64,000 nucleotides of DNA from Candidatus Omnitrophota bacterium (GCA_030649895.1 JAUSEX010000045.1:17875-81874); one strand, 5' to 3'. Positions 1 to 12,320 are shown, counted from the stretch's first letter. The notes: generated by a model not told the origin, from the letters alone. Numbers and translations are program-made.

Positions 1-872
1 AATTCCCTGACCAGGTTATTATATCTCCCGCCAGCGCATATAGCATCTTTTGCGCCAAGCGATTCCTGCGTTATTTCAAAAACAGTCCCTGTGTAATAAT
101 CAAGCCCTCTTACTATCTTATGATCGATAGCGTATTGAATCCCCAGTAAATCAAGGCCCTCTTTCACCTGCTTAAAATGTTTTGCGCAATTGCTGCATAA
201 AGCGTTTTCGGATTTTACGCTTTCTGCGATCTCCCTGCAACTCTCTTCTTTGCAGTCAAAAATCCTCAGGACATTTTTTTCAAAACGGCCCTTGCAATCA
301 ATGCACAATTTCCCCACATGAGGCCTGAAACTTTCCTTGTGTTTTTCTATTACGCTCTCCTTATCTTTCTGGCATCCCAGGCTGTTTAACTTAACGTGAA
401 AGTTTTTAATAGCTAACTTTTCCAGGAATTTTACGCTAAGGGCGATCATTTCTACGTCAATAAGAGGGCTGTCAGAGCCTATAGCCTCGGCTCCTATCTG
501 GTGAAACTGCCTTTGCCTGCCCTGCTGGGGCCGCTCAGCCCTGAACATCGGGCCTATATAAAATAATTTAGAGATCCCGCCTGACTGAAATAAAGAATTT
601 TCGATGTACGAACGAACAATAGAAGCTGTAGCCTCAGGCCTCAAGGCGATATTCCTGCCGCCTCTGTCACAAAAAATATACATCTCTTTCTGGACAATAT
701 CTGTTGCGTCGCCTATGCTCCTTGTAAATAAAGACGCCTCTTCTATGATGGGCGTCTTTATCTCGTTGTAAGCGTATATATTAAATATATTCCTGCAAGT
801 AGCCTCTATGCGCTGCCAAAGGCCTATCGCATCAGGCAGAATATCTTTTGTACCGCGTAAAGCTTTTATCAT
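1..872 (-). CDS. hisS: Histidine--tRNA ligase, 5' part (runs off window start)
   Basis: Manual translation from ATG at 872: MIKALRGTKDILP...YNEIKTPIIEEASLFTRSIGDATDIVQKEMY...LRPEATAS...FRAERPQQGRQRQFHQIG; AGGTG RBS. Absent from the ORF track because it is truncated. Confidence 0.95.
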   Translation of the reverse strand, partial: MIKALRGTKDILPDAIGLWQRIEATCRNIFNIYAYNEIKTPIIEEASLFTRSIGDATDIVQKEMYIFCDRGGRNIALRPEATASIVRSYIENSLFQSGGISKLFYIGPMFRAERPQQGRQRQFHQIGAEAIGSDSPLIDVEMIALSVKFLEKLAIKNFHVKLNSLGCQKDKESVIEKHKESFRPHVGKLCIDCKGRFEKNVLRIFDCKEESCREIAESVKSENALCSNCAKHFKQVKEGLDLLGIQYAIDHKIVRGLDYYTGTVFEITQESLGAKDAICAGGRYNNLVRE

Positions 873-883
873 ATTCACCTACC

Positions 884-931
884 TATCCGACTCCGTAAGT
901 CGCCCTTTACGGCGACTCACGGAGTCGGATA
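884..931. repeat. Palindromic element family C (TCCGACTCCGT(A/G)AGTCGCC-loop-GGCGACTCnCGGAGTCGGA)
   Basis: Near-perfect inverted repeat; related copies at 40967-41026, 53355-53400 and 55958-56006. Confidence 0.9.
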
Positions 932-941
932 AGGTTATCTA

Positions 942-1226
942 TTATTTTACCTTTGCCTTCATGACAAGGCCGGGTTTAAATACAGCTACTCTTTTAGGCT
1001 GGACAGGGACCTGAGTGCCGGTCCTGGGATTGCGGCCCATGCGGCCTTTCCTTGATTTTGTCTTAAATACCCCGAAATTCCTAAGCTCTATTTTTTCTCC
1101 TTTTGCCAGGGCGTCAATTATAATATCAAACGTCATCTGCACTACTTTTTTAACATCTATCTGCTTGATATTAGCATCAATCGCGATCTTCATTACAATG
1201 TCTTTTTTGGTCATGCTCTTGGCCAT
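942..1226 (-). CDS. HU/IHF-family DNA-binding protein
   Basis: MTKKDIV...LAKGEKIELRNFGVF...RKGRMGRNPRTG...PKRVAVFKPG; start reassigned to ATG 1226 with AGGAGG RBS. Confidence 0.93.
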   Translation of the reverse strand: MAKSMTKKDIVMKIAIDANIKQIDVKKVVQMTFDIIIDALAKGEKIELRNFGVFKTKSRKGRMGRNPRTGTQVPVQPKRVAVFKPGLVMKAKVK

Positions 1227-1332
1227 AACAAACCTCCTTGGTTTTTTATATCTATCGTAAATACAATGGGTAGTGTAACAGGTTGCAACAGTATTGTCAA
1301 ATAAAAAATGCCAACTTGTCAAGCACATTTAG

Positions 1333-1404
1333 TTAATAGGGACAGCGACCATTTTATAATATAAGATTTCTGTTTTAAAATAAAATGGTCGCTGTCCCTA
1401 TTAA
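1333..1404. repeat. Palindromic element family B (AATAGGGACAGCGACC...GGTCGCTGTCCCTATT)
   Basis: 24-bp perfect inverted repeat around an AT-rich spacer; copies at 12373-12439 and 54028-54084. Confidence 0.92.
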
Positions 1405-1416
1405 TATTAACACCTA

Positions 1417-4400
1417 TTAACAGGATAGGTTGGATTTTTCGAATTTAATATGTTCGCGGCCGATAAGGGTTTCCAGTTCACTGGCTAGCTCATTGGTGGG
1501 GCTCACGAAAAGCTTTCTATCTACAAGCATACGGTAAGAACCATTGGTTTTGGTGGCAAAATTAAGATAAACAGGCGTATCGCCCTGATACCTGGTAAAA
1601 ACACCTCTAAGCCTTTCAAAAAGCTCTTCGTCCATGCCTTGCGATAAAAAATCTATTGAAACAACCTGGGTAAATTTTTTTCTTGCATCCGTGATAGGCA
1701 TTATCTCTTCCACTATTATCTTCGGCCTGTCTTCTTTGAGATTTAACCTGCCGTTTATAAATATTGCCGCGTTAAGCACTATATATTTGGAAATATTTTT
1801 ATACGCATTAGGGAACACCAGCGCTTCTACGCTACCTTCCATATCCTCCATCATCATTATAGCCATCTTCTCGCCTGTGCGTTTTGTTACTGTATTTTTT
1901 ATCTTATTTACGATCCCTCCAAACCAGATTTTCTGGCCATCTTCAAGGCTTTTTAATCCTGCGCTCGTAGCGGTGGAATATTCCTTCAGGATCTTTTCGT
2001 ATTTGGCAAGCGGGTGGCCTGTTATGTAAAATCCTATTATTTCTTTTTCAAAATTCAACAGCTGGCTCTCCGGCCACTCTTTCATGTCAGGCACATGCCT
2101 AGAAGAACTGGTTTCCGTAAAAAGCGTCATCTGGCCCGACGCTGATTCTTTGTGCGCTGAGCTTGCCGCGTCCATTGCTTCAGCCAGCATAGCCATCAAT
2201 TGCGCTCTCCGTAATCCCATGCTGTCAAACGCTCCGCATTTAATCAGGCTCTCCAGGACCTTTTTATTAACAAGCCTAGAATCCGTCCTTTCGCAAAACT
2301 CATGCAGACTGGAGAAACTACCGTATTTTTTTCTGGCCTCTATTATTGATTCTATCGCAAACCCTCCGACATTTTTAACTGCGCTGAGGCCGAATCTTAT
2401 TTCGTTTTTATTTATCATCGTAAAGTTCGCGTAACTCTCATTGGCCCCGGGCGGCAATATCTTTATACCCATGCGCTCCGCCTCATCTATGTATTCTACT
2501 ATCTTATCTGTATTATCTTTTTCACTTGTCAGCAGCGCTGTCATAAATTCAACCGGATAATTGGCTTTAAGATACGCTGTCCTGTAAGATATCATTGCGT
2601 ACGCGGCTGAATGGCTTTTATTAAAACCGTATCCGGCAAAATGTTCTATCAGGCTGAATATCTTTTCCGCGATCCTTCTGTCAATCTTGTTTTTCATCGC
2701 TCCTTCGATAAAAGCCTTCCTCTGCTGTTCCATTATCTCCGGCGTCTTCTTGCCTATCGCTCTTCTTAAAAGATCCGCCTGAGCGAGCGAAAAACCAGCA
2801 AGCCTGGAGACTATTATCATTACCTGTTCCTGATAAACAATAATGCCGTATGTTTCTTTCAGGCTCGCTTCAAGAAGAGGGTGGTCGTATCTCACGCTTA
2901 CTTTTCCATGCTTACGTTTCATGTAGTCATCCAGCATTCCGCTTCCTATAGGCCCTGGCCTGTATAACGCCAGCAGCGCTATTATATCTTCAAATTTTTC
3001 AGCCTTCAGCTTTCTCAATAAGTCCCTCATGCCGGAACTTTCTAACTGAAATATTCCGGTAGATTCCGCATTGTTTAAAAGCTTGTATGTCTTGGGGTCA
3101 TCCATCGGGATATTTTCTACTTTAAGGCCTATCCCGTTCACCCTGTTTATTATCTTGAGCGCCTCCTGGATAACAGTCAGCGTCCTGAGGCCCAGAAAAT
3201 CCATTTTTAAAAGCCCTATTTTCTCAAGCGACCCCATAGCGTACCCTGTGGAAATCTGATCATCGCTTGTCTTGAAAAGCGGGACGTGATTGGTCATAAA
3301 ATCTTCGCTTATAACAACCCCTGCGGCGTGCGTAGAGGCATGGCGCGTAAGGCCCTCTAATTTTCTTGAGACATCGATAAGTTCTTTTACTCTCGGGTCT
3401 TCTTTGTAGAGCCTGGCGATCTCGGGCTCCTGGCGAAGCGCGAGTTCCAGCGTCATGTCTGGATCCGCCGGCACAAGTTTCGCTATCCTGTCCACGTCCG
3501 CATATGGAAGGCTCATTACCCTTCCCACATCCCTCAAGACCGCCCTGGCAGCCATAGTCCCGAATGTTATTATCTGGGCCACATTATCTTTTCCGTATTT
3601 CTGAATCACGTAATCTATCACCTCGCCTCTTTTTTCATAACAAAAATCTATGTCTATATCAGGCATGCTGACGCGTTCGGAATTTAAAAATCTTTCGAAA
3701 AGCAGATTATACTGCAAAGGATCTATGTCCGTTATGCCGAGAAGATAGCTTGTAATGCTCCCTGCAGCAGAACCCCTGCCCGGGCCAACAGCTATGCCCT
3801 TTGATTTTGCGTAATTTACGAAATCCCACACTATAAGAAAATAACTGACATAGCCCGCCTTATTTATGACCTTGAGTTCGCTTTCCAGCCTGTCTTTTAT
3901 TTGCGGCGTGACTTCCTTGTATCTAACCGGGAGGTTTTGTTCGCATAAATCTTTAATGTACTTTTCGCGCGTTGTGCCCTTCGGTACAATATAATGAGGG
4001 AGAAAGGTCTTCTTGAAATCAAGCTCCAGATTACATCTCTCTGCTATTTTTATTGTGTTAGATATCGCTTCCGGCACATCCTTGAAAAGCGCCTTCATCT
4101 CTTCTGCGGATTTAAAATAGAATTGGTCTGTCTGAAGCTTCATGCGATTCGGATCGCTTAGCGTGGTCTGAGTCTGTATGCAGAGCAGGGCTTCATGAGC
4201 CTTTGCGCTGTCTTTGGTAAGATAATGAACGTCGTTTGTCGCCACAAGGCCTACGCCCAATTCTTTGCCCAGCCTTATAAGCTCCTTAGCGACTTGTTGC
4301 TGCTCGGGAATAGAATTATCCTGCAGTTCAAAATAAAAATTTTCTTTACCGAGGATATCGCTGTATTCGGCTGCAAGCTGCCTGGCCCTTTCTTCCTTGT

Positions 4401-4857
4401 TATTCATTATCGCCCTGGATATTTCTCCTTTCAGGCAGCCGGAAAGCGCTATCAACCCTTCAGAATATTTTGCGAGAACCTCTTTATCTATCCTGGGCTT
4501 ATAATAGAACCCTTCCAGATAACCTATGGAAACCAGTTTCATTAAATTCTTATAACCGGTTTCATCCCTTGCAAGCAATATCAGGTGATTCGCAGTCTCT
4601 TCGCCCGTAGAGTACGTTTTTTCCAGCCTGCCTTTTGGGGCGATATAAACCTCTGAACCTATTATGGGTTTTATTCCGTTAGTTATGCAGGACTGATAGA
4701 ACTCGATAGCGCCAAACATATTGCCATGGTCTGTTATTGCGCAGGCCGGCATTTTCATTCGCCGGATCAGGTCTGTGAGATGAGGTATCAGGCAAGCGCC
4801 GTCAAGAAGGCTGTATTGCGTGTGGACGTGAAGATGAACGAAATCTGAGTGAAGCAT
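1417..4857 (-). CDS. dnaE: DNA polymerase III alpha subunit
   Basis: PHP motif HLHVHTQYSLLDG, GPGRGSAAGS, MPDIDIDF, FNKSHS; 1146 aa. Confidence 0.98.
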   Translation of the reverse strand: MLHSDFVHLHVHTQYSLLDGACLIPHLTDLIRRMKMPACAITDHGNMFGAIEFYQSCITNGIKPIIGSEVYIAPKGRLEKTYSTGEETANHLILLARDETGYKNLMKLVSIGYLEGFYYKPRIDKEVLAKYSEGLIALSGCLKGEISRAIMNNKEERARQLAAEYSDILGKENFYFELQDNSIPEQQQVAKELIRLGKELGVGLVATNDVHYLTKDSAKAHEALLCIQTQTTLSDPNRMKLQTDQFYFKSAEEMKALFKDVPEAISNTIKIAERCNLELDFKKTFLPHYIVPKGTTREKYIKDLCEQNLPVRYKEVTPQIKDRLESELKVINKAGYVSYFLIVWDFVNYAKSKGIAVGPGRGSAAGSITSYLLGITDIDPLQYNLLFERFLNSERVSMPDIDIDFCYEKRGEVIDYVIQKYGKDNVAQIITFGTMAARAVLRDVGRVMSLPYADVDRIAKLVPADPDMTLELALRQEPEIARLYKEDPRVKELIDVSRKLEGLTRHASTHAAGVVISEDFMTNHVPLFKTSDDQISTGYAMGSLEKIGLLKMDFLGLRTLTVIQEALKIINRVNGIGLKVENIPMDDPKTYKLLNNAESTGIFQLESSGMRDLLRKLKAEKFEDIIALLALYRPGPIGSGMLDDYMKRKHGKVSVRYDHPLLEASLKETYGIIVYQEQVMIIVSRLAGFSLAQADLLRRAIGKKTPEIMEQQRKAFIEGAMKNKIDRRIAEKIFSLIEHFAGYGFNKSHSAAYAMISYRTAYLKANYPVEFMTALLTSEKDNTDKIVEYIDEAERMGIKILPPGANESYANFTMINKNEIRFGLSAVKNVGGFAIESIIEARKKYGSFSSLHEFCERTDSRLVNKKVLESLIKCGAFDSMGLRRAQLMAMLAEAMDAASSAHKESASGQMTLFTETSSSRHVPDMKEWPESQLLNFEKEIIGFYITGHPLAKYEKILKEYSTATSAGLKSLEDGQKIWFGGIVNKIKNTVTKRTGEKMAIMMMEDMEGSVEALVFPNAYKNISKYIVLNAAIFINGRLNLKEDRPKIIVEEIMPITDARKKFTQVVSIDFLSQGMDEELFERLRGVFTRYQGDTPVYLNFATKTNGSYRMLVDRKLFVSPTNELASELETLIGREHIKFEKSNLSC

Positions 4858-4869
4858 GTTTGTCTATCG

Positions 4870-4982
4870 AATATTGTTCGAGCGGACATTCTGGCCATGC
4901 CTGTAAGCCCGGGCGAGAACCCTTGTAAGAACTTCCCGACCCTGCTCGCATGATAGGTTCTCATGACCGCTCGAAGAATATT
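4870..4982. repeat. Family A hairpin element, long R unit followed by long L unit
   Basis: TATTGTTCGAGCGGACATTCTGG...GCGAGAAC then CTTCCCGAC...CTCATGACCGCTCGAAGAATA. Confidence 0.88.
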
Positions 4983-5008
4983 GTTTTTTCTTCCGCGTGG
5001 TTCCGCAA

Positions 5009-6169
5009 CTACTTCCCCATCCCAACCTTTTGGACGCGCTGCATTATTTTTCCTTCGGTCTTGATAGATGGGGCGATTATAATATCCGTCAGCTGCATCT
5101 CTCTGATATTGCTTGCGCCGAGATTTCCCATTGATGTCATAAGGGCGCCTACTAAATTCTGGGAACCGTCATCGAGTTTTGCAGGGCCTAAAAGTATCTC
5201 TTCCAGCGTACCTGTCGTTCCAACATGAATCCTTGTTCCGCGCGGCAGGTTAGCGTGAGGCGTAGCCATACCCCAGTGATAGCCCTTGCCAGGGGCTTCT
5301 TTCGCCCTTGCAAAAGCAGAGCCCACCATTACCGCGTCTGCGCCGCAGGCAAACGCCTTGCATATATCGCCGCCTGAATCCATCCCGCCGTCCGTGATAA
5401 TAGGTATGTATTTTGTTGTTTTCTTGTAATAAAAATCTCTGGCTGCTGCAATGTCTGAAGTCGCTGTCACCTGGGGGACCCCTATCCCCAAAACGCCCCG
5501 GGTGGTGCACGCTGCGCCCGGCCCTATTCCTACGAGAAGCGCGCTCGGCCCTGTCTCCATAAGCTCCAGCGCCACAGAATACGTAACGCAATTCCCGAGA
5601 ATCACTGGTATCTTCATTGATTTTATAAATTTTGCGAGATTCACTACTTTATATTCGCTGGAAACATGCTTCACGCTGATAACGGTTGATTGAATCACAA
5701 AAATATCAGCGCCTGAATCCTGAGCTATCTTTCCAAATTTCTCCGCATCCTGAGGTATAGAACTGACCACGGCAACGCCTTTTTTGCTTTTTATCTCCTT
5801 TATTCTTCTGGCAATCAGTTTTTCCTGCACAGGTTTTAAATAAAGCGACTGGACCAGCTTCGTAGCCTCTTCCGGATTCGCATGGGCTATCTTTTCAAGC
5901 ACTTCTCCCGGGTATTCATAACGGGTCTGAACGCCATTGAGATTCAGCACCGCTATTCCTCCTAGTTTCGACATGGCTACTGCAAAATCCACGTCAACTA
6001 CGCCGTCCATTGCAGCGGCAAGTATTGGAACTTTATATTTCTTGCCTGCAAGCTCCCAGCTGGTATCTACTTCTTTGGGATTTATCGTAACACTTCCGGG
6101 AACAAGCGCTATCTCGTCAAAACCGTAACATCTCCTGGCTTTCCTGCCTCTTCCTACCCATTCGCCCAT
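5009..6169 (-). CDS. GuaB3-type IMP dehydrogenase family protein
   Basis: GRKARRCYGFDEIALVP, AAAMDGVVD, VGIGPGAACTTRGVLGIGVPQ catalytic loop; no CBS pair. Confidence 0.9.
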   Translation of the reverse strand: MGEWVGRGRKARRCYGFDEIALVPGSVTINPKEVDTSWELAGKKYKVPILAAAMDGVVDVDFAVAMSKLGGIAVLNLNGVQTRYEYPGEVLEKIAHANPEEATKLVQSLYLKPVQEKLIARRIKEIKSKKGVAVVSSIPQDAEKFGKIAQDSGADIFVIQSTVISVKHVSSEYKVVNLAKFIKSMKIPVILGNCVTYSVALELMETGPSALLVGIGPGAACTTRGVLGIGVPQVTATSDIAAARDFYYKKTTKYIPIITDGGMDSGGDICKAFACGADAVMVGSAFARAKEAPGKGYHWGMATPHANLPRGTRIHVGTTGTLEEILLGPAKLDDGSQNLVGALMTSMGNLGASNIREMQLTDIIIAPSIKTEGKIMQRVQKVGMGK

Positions 6170-6265
6170 TTAAATCCTCCTTATTTTTTATGTTAATTTA
6201 TGCATAATACAGTAAATTTTACACAAAGTCAAGCATGGACCAATTACAGTGGAACAAATATATCA

Positions 6266-7867
6266 TTATTTCTGGATTAATGATATATCCAATACGCACA
6301 GCCTGAATAAAATATCCTTCCAGAACTTATCCCGGCCTTCTTTTTCCAGAACAACGTCTTTTACTTCATGAAATAACTCTATGGCCTTTTGAGAATGCGC
6401 CTGCGAAATTTCATGCCCTGAGAAACGCGCCTCCATAAACCCTTCCGTCAAAGATTTCATAGTCTCCGGCTTCAGGGAGACTAATTCCTTCAAGAGGTCG
6501 TAATACTCCCTGTAAGCGACGTAACTGAATTTTGGGACTCCGTAAATCTTAAAGGCACCGCATAAAGCATAATACACCTCTTTTATAAATTCCTTAGGGT
6601 CTGTTTTGCATAATTCGGACAGTCTCCGCGCCCTTATAAAAACCAGGGCCGTTGAAATAGCTACAGCCGCTGTTATGACCCACAGAAAAGTAACGATAAC
6701 ATAAAACAAAAAGCTTTTCTTCTTCTTTGGTTCAACAGGTCCTTTTATTTTTATTTTTACATCGTTGCTGAATACGCCCAGATAGCTGGCGGATATCTGA
6801 ATATCCCCCTCGCTTTCAGCCGAAAGATTTCCGTTTTTATCCAGAGAAACATTTGTATTGCCGGTAACTTTCCAGTCAACAAGTCTTGTTGCTGGAATAA
6901 CAGAGCCATCCGTCAGCTTTAGCTCTGCCGTAATACTTACCTGCCGATCCAGAGGCGTCTCGAGTTTATCCGATTTTATCGTAAGAGACTCCACCTTGAA
7001 GGAGTCTATATTTTTATTGTAATCGCTGGGTTTAAATCTTTCCGTAATATCCGTTTTATCCTTTTTCTCGTCTTTTTTTGAGTTCAGAGGACTATCCGTC
7101 TCTCTTTTTTTGGACCCGTCGTCCACTATCTGTTCTTTTTTTACCTTGACGTCTTTTATGGTTTTATCCGCAGAAAACAATAGCTTTAATATAGGCACCT
7201 CTTCAGGTATTCCTATCAAAGTCGAAGGCACCCATTTAAGAGAAAGATTATTGAATCTAGGCACAGCCGGATAGACTAAGGCGGACAATATCATGATAAC
7301 GGAAAACATGATCGCCCCTACCTTTATCTGCTGCCACAGGCTCATCACTTCTTCTTTGTCCCCTATTATCATAGACCCCAGATTTTGTTTTTCGCATACA
7401 AGCGCCAGACGCATCGTAAAAATAAGTATAAATAAAAAAACCGCCAAATATAAAATATAGACCGTTTCCTGTTCTAATGCCAGACCTACGGAGGATATTA
7501 AAAGCGCCGCGGAAATAAACTGGGTAAGACTGTAATTTTTCTGGGTGCTGAGCCCGAACGACTGGAAAAGACCAAGCCACACCAGGGCTACAGAAAATAT
7601 CCTCAGCAGGTTTTCAAAACTCATCTCTGTCTCGTACAACCTGCTCAGTACCACTACCACGCTGGCCAGGGAAAGCATTCCGATAAACGTGTCTATGTGA
7701 GGCGGCCTGAAGCTTCTTGCATACCAACTGAATAGAAACCCGACTATAGTACCTAGCACAAGCAAGGCTACTATAACAGGGCCTACTATTTTCTGAACGC
7801 TGAAAATGCCTATAATTACCAGCCCAAGATTCGCAAAATGAAAATATAGAGTTTCTTTGCTCATCAT
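6266..7867 (-). CDS. Multi-TM membrane protein (DUF3488-like N-terminus, Ig-like domain, DUF4129-like C-terminus)
   Basis: About 7 N-terminal hydrophobic helices, Ig-like VDWKV...VSLDKNGNLSA..EGDIQISASY, TM, then EARFSGH C-terminus; follows MoxR-DUF58. Confidence 0.6.
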   Translation of the reverse strand: MMSKETLYFHFANLGLVIIGIFSVQKIVGPVIVALLVLGTIVGFLFSWYARSFRPPHIDTFIGMLSLASVVVVLSRLYETEMSFENLLRIFSVALVWLGLFQSFGLSTQKNYSLTQFISAALLISSVGLALEQETVYILYLAVFLFILIFTMRLALVCEKQNLGSMIIGDKEEVMSLWQQIKVGAIMFSVIMILSALVYPAVPRFNNLSLKWVPSTLIGIPEEVPILKLLFSADKTIKDVKVKKEQIVDDGSKKRETDSPLNSKKDEKKDKTDITERFKPSDYNKNIDSFKVESLTIKSDKLETPLDRQVSITAELKLTDGSVIPATRLVDWKVTGNTNVSLDKNGNLSAESEGDIQISASYLGVFSNDVKIKIKGPVEPKKKKSFLFYVIVTFLWVITAAVAISTALVFIRARRLSELCKTDPKEFIKEVYYALCGAFKIYGVPKFSYVAYREYYDLLKELVSLKPETMKSLTEGFMEARFSGHEISQAHSQKAIELFHEVKDVVLEKEGRDKFWKDILFRLCVLDISLIQK

Positions 7868-9096
7868 GAAGCAACCTCAAACTTTTTCTCCAAATCATCG
7901 CCTTTGGAAATCCTGTACACGTGCGCATCCAGGCCCGCAAGCGCCTCGTCAAATCTCTTTGCGCCTTCAGCATCCAGATATTCGCTTTCCTCCGTATGGC
8001 CGAATGTGGAGCTGGAGAGGACTACCGTTATAAGCTTTACCCCTTTTAGCTTAAACTGCACAAGGCTTGAAAGCGCCTCCATATCAGTATCCAGCATTAC
8101 GATAATAAGCGTTGAGCCATAAGGCGCGACAAAGCTCGCCTCATCCAGCGTTTCGCTCAGCGTATAATCGCCTTCTGACCGCAACCTTGCCAGATATTCC
8201 AGTATTTTATATAAATGGGAATCGCCTTTACCGAAAGGTACCACAATCGCCTCTTTCGTATAGCCCATAATCTGCACGAATGCCCCGCTATTCATCAAAA
8301 ATCTCGCAACAGATCCAGCTATTTTTATAGAATATTCCAGGGTTGTTTCTCTGCCGACTCCTATGTCGTTGCCTTTTTTAAGGTCCAGGACGATTGTAAC
8401 TTCCTGGATTGAGTTGCGCTCAAACTGTTTTACTATCAACTTATTATGTTTCGCTGATGAAGGCCAGTGTATCCTGCTGATCGCGTCTCCGCGCTGATAT
8501 TCCCTTATGCCGAAAAATTCATGGTTGTCGCCGCTGATCTTGGCTGTCTCAACGCCCATCCACGAGACAGACCCGCTGGCAAGAGACGGAAAAGCGAATA
8601 TCCTGAAAAAAGAAGGATAGACAATGATATTTGATACTACATTAAGGACCTGTTTCATCCTGAAAAAACCCAGAGCATCCTGCGAAATAACCTCTATGGG
8701 CCCTATCTTCCACAATCCTCTTTTGTAGCACTCTATAGAATAATTAAAACTTTTTTCCTCTTTTGCCCCAATCTCCAGCACAAACAGGGAAACCTTTTCT
8801 TTCCCGGGATTGGCTGCCTGAAAATAATCCACTATCTCAAAAAAAGAAGCGGCTCTTGAAAGATTATTGCGGATGCTCATCTTGATATTCAGCATCTCGT
8901 CTTCAAAGGCGGTCTCCTGTGTTACGCGCTGTATCTCTATGTCAGGAATATTAAAACGCATATGGAAATAAGACAGGACAAGCATAACAAAAGCTATAAC
9001 AAAAAATAGATACACCATTGTTATATCAGTATTCCAGGCAATAGCTAAAAGAAGTATTACTGCTAAAAGAAGTGAGACGCCTCTTGAGGTAAGCAT
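7864..9096 (-). CDS. DUF58 family protein
   Basis: EFFGIREYQRGDAISRIHWPSSAKHNKLIVKQFE signature. Confidence 0.9.
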   Translation of the reverse strand: MLTSRGVSLLLAVILLLAIAWNTDITMVYLFFVIAFVMLVLSYFHMRFNIPDIEIQRVTQETAFEDEMLNIKMSIRNNLSRAASFFEIVDYFQAANPGKEKVSLFVLEIGAKEEKSFNYSIECYKRGLWKIGPIEVISQDALGFFRMKQVLNVVSNIIVYPSFFRIFAFPSLASGSVSWMGVETAKISGDNHEFFGIREYQRGDAISRIHWPSSAKHNKLIVKQFERNSIQEVTIVLDLKKGNDIGVGRETTLEYSIKIAGSVARFLMNSGAFVQIMGYTKEAIVVPFGKGDSHLYKILEYLARLRSEGDYTLSETLDEASFVAPYGSTLIIVMLDTDMEALSSLVQFKLKGVKLITVVLSSSTFGHTEESEYLDAEGAKRFDEALAGLDAHVYRISKGDDLEKKFEVAS

Positions 9097-9099
9097 GTA

Positions 9100-10038
9100 T
9101 TAAACCGGCACAGGGACTTTTTTTAATATATGATTAACGGTGTCTTTTGAAGTCAGCCCGCGCACTATGGAACGCGGCTGTAAAATAAGCCTATGCTTAA
9201 GAACCGCGTAAGCAAGATTTTTGACATCGTCAGGTATTACATAATCTCTTTTATCAAGAAACGCCAGCGCCCTTGATGTGCGCATAAGCGCCAGAGAAGC
9301 CCTGGGACTCGCCCCAAGTTTTATATCGCCTGGCATATTTCTTGAGGCAGAGACTATCTGTACTATATAATCTGCTATTTTCTGATCTATATGAACTTCC
9401 ATTATCGCTTTCTGGACTTCTATTATATCGGCTATACTGACTACGCTCTGCAATGTCTCTATGGGAGATTCTTTAAGATTTCTCGTCAGTATGCTGGCCT
9501 CTTCCTGATTAGACGGATAACCTACTGCCAGCTGCATTAGAAATCTGTCTACTTGCGATTCCGGCAAGGGATACGTCCCGTGAAATTCTATAGGGTTTTC
9601 AGTAGCTATTACAAAAAATGGGGACGGAAGCTCTCTTACGACTCCATCCATGGTGACCCTGAACTCCTGCATGGCTTCAAGAAGCGCTGACTGGGTCCTT
9701 GGCGTAGTTCTGTTTATTTCATCGGCCAGTACTATATTTGCAAATATAGGGCCTTCGTTGAATTCAAACTCGTTTGTCTTCTGATTGTAAATAGAAACCC
9801 CTGTGACATCCGAAGGCAAAAGATCCGGAGTGAACTGAATCCTTTTAAATTTACCTGCTATGGATTTCGCAAGAGTGCGGGAAAGCATTGTCTTGCCAAG
9901 GCCAGGCACGTCTTCCAGGAGCACGTGGCCATTCGAGATAAGGCCTACAACCACAAGCTCGATCACTTCGCGTTTACCGACTATAACTTTTGAAATATTG
10001 TTGATAAGCCTTTGAGGGATTTCGTGAAGATCTGACAT
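9100..10038 (-). CDS. MoxR-family AAA+ ATPase
   Basis: GHVLLEDVPGLGKT, RIQFTPDLLPSD, ADEINRTTPRTQSALLEAMQE; start at ATG 10038 with AGGAGG. Confidence 0.95.
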   Translation of the reverse strand: MSDLHEIPQRLINNISKVIVGKREVIELVVVGLISNGHVLLEDVPGLGKTMLSRTLAKSIAGKFKRIQFTPDLLPSDVTGVSIYNQKTNEFEFNEGPIFANIVLADEINRTTPRTQSALLEAMQEFRVTMDGVVRELPSPFFVIATENPIEFHGTYPLPESQVDRFLMQLAVGYPSNQEEASILTRNLKESPIETLQSVVSIADIIEVQKAIMEVHIDQKIADYIVQIVSASRNMPGDIKLGASPRASLALMRTSRALAFLDKRDYVIPDDVKNLAYAVLKHRLILQPRSIVRGLTSKDTVNHILKKVPVPV

Positions 10039-10142
10039 AAGTTTCCTCCTTATAGCCGTTCCGCCTCCGCCTGGCAGGTGAAATATGGTTAACATTATAA
10101 AGCATCTTAAATATAGCACATTGACACATCGTTGTCAAAAAT

Positions 10143-10174
10143 AAAAAGCCCGCGGCAATTTCTTGCCGCGGGCT
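10143..10174 (-). terminator. Rho-independent terminator of groESL
   Basis: 12-bp stem AGCCCGCGGCAA/TTGCCGCGGGCT followed by a U-run on the minus strand. Confidence 0.85.
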
Positions 10175-10191
10175 CAAAGCTTCAATGCAAT

Positions 10192-10260
10192 GTTCTCTAC
10201 TCGCTTCGTTCGCTCGAACAATATTCTTCGAGCAAGGCACCATAAGCGCCTAGCAGAGAA
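10192..10260. repeat. Family A element pair (inverted orientation)
   Basis: GTTCTCTAC-TCGCTTCGTTC-GCTCGAAC-AATATT-CTTCGAGC...GAGAA. Confidence 0.8.
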
Positions 10261-10269
10261 ATCAAGCTA

Positions 10270-11934
<1,665 letters not shown>

Positions 11935-11975
11935 TCAAGCAATTAGAAAATTAACAATGTCGGTTTTCCAATCGT

Positions 11976-12263
11976 TTACTTGATTATTGCTAAGATGTCT
12001 TCTTCCTTTAATATCAAATACTCTTCTTCCTTATAACTGACTTCTGCGCCTGAATATTTTCCAAAAAGCACAGTATCCCCTTTTTTTACTTCCAAAGGCT
12101 CTACCTTACCGCTTTCCAGCATCTTGCCTTTGCCAACGCTTACAACCTCTCCCTTTTGAGGCTTCTCCTTAGCAGTATCAGGTAAAACAATGCCTCCCTT
12201 TGTTTTTTCCTCTGCTTCCAGCCTTTTTACGAGAACTCTGTCTCCTAAAGGTTGAATTGCCAT
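11976..12263 (-). CDS. groS: Co-chaperonin GroES
   Basis: [12 protein letters not shown]...[16 protein letters not shown]; ATG 12263 with AGGAGG. Confidence 0.98.
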   Translation of the reverse strand: MAIQPLGDRVLVKRLEAEEKTKGGIVLPDTAKEKPQKGEVVSVGKGKMLESGKVEPLEVKKGDTVLFGKYSGAEVSYKEEEYLILKEEDILAIIK

Positions 12264-12283
12264 GCCACACCTCCTTGTTTTTA

Positions 12284-12310
12284 TCAGCACTCTATCTAGA
12301 GGAGTGCTAG
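12284..12310 (-). promoter_or_regulatory. CIRCE operator (HrcA site)
   Basis: CTAGCACTC-N9-GAGTGCTGA upstream of groES; consensus is TTAGCACTC-N9-GAGTGCTAA. Confidence 0.9.
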
Positions 12311-12320
12311 TTATTGGACT

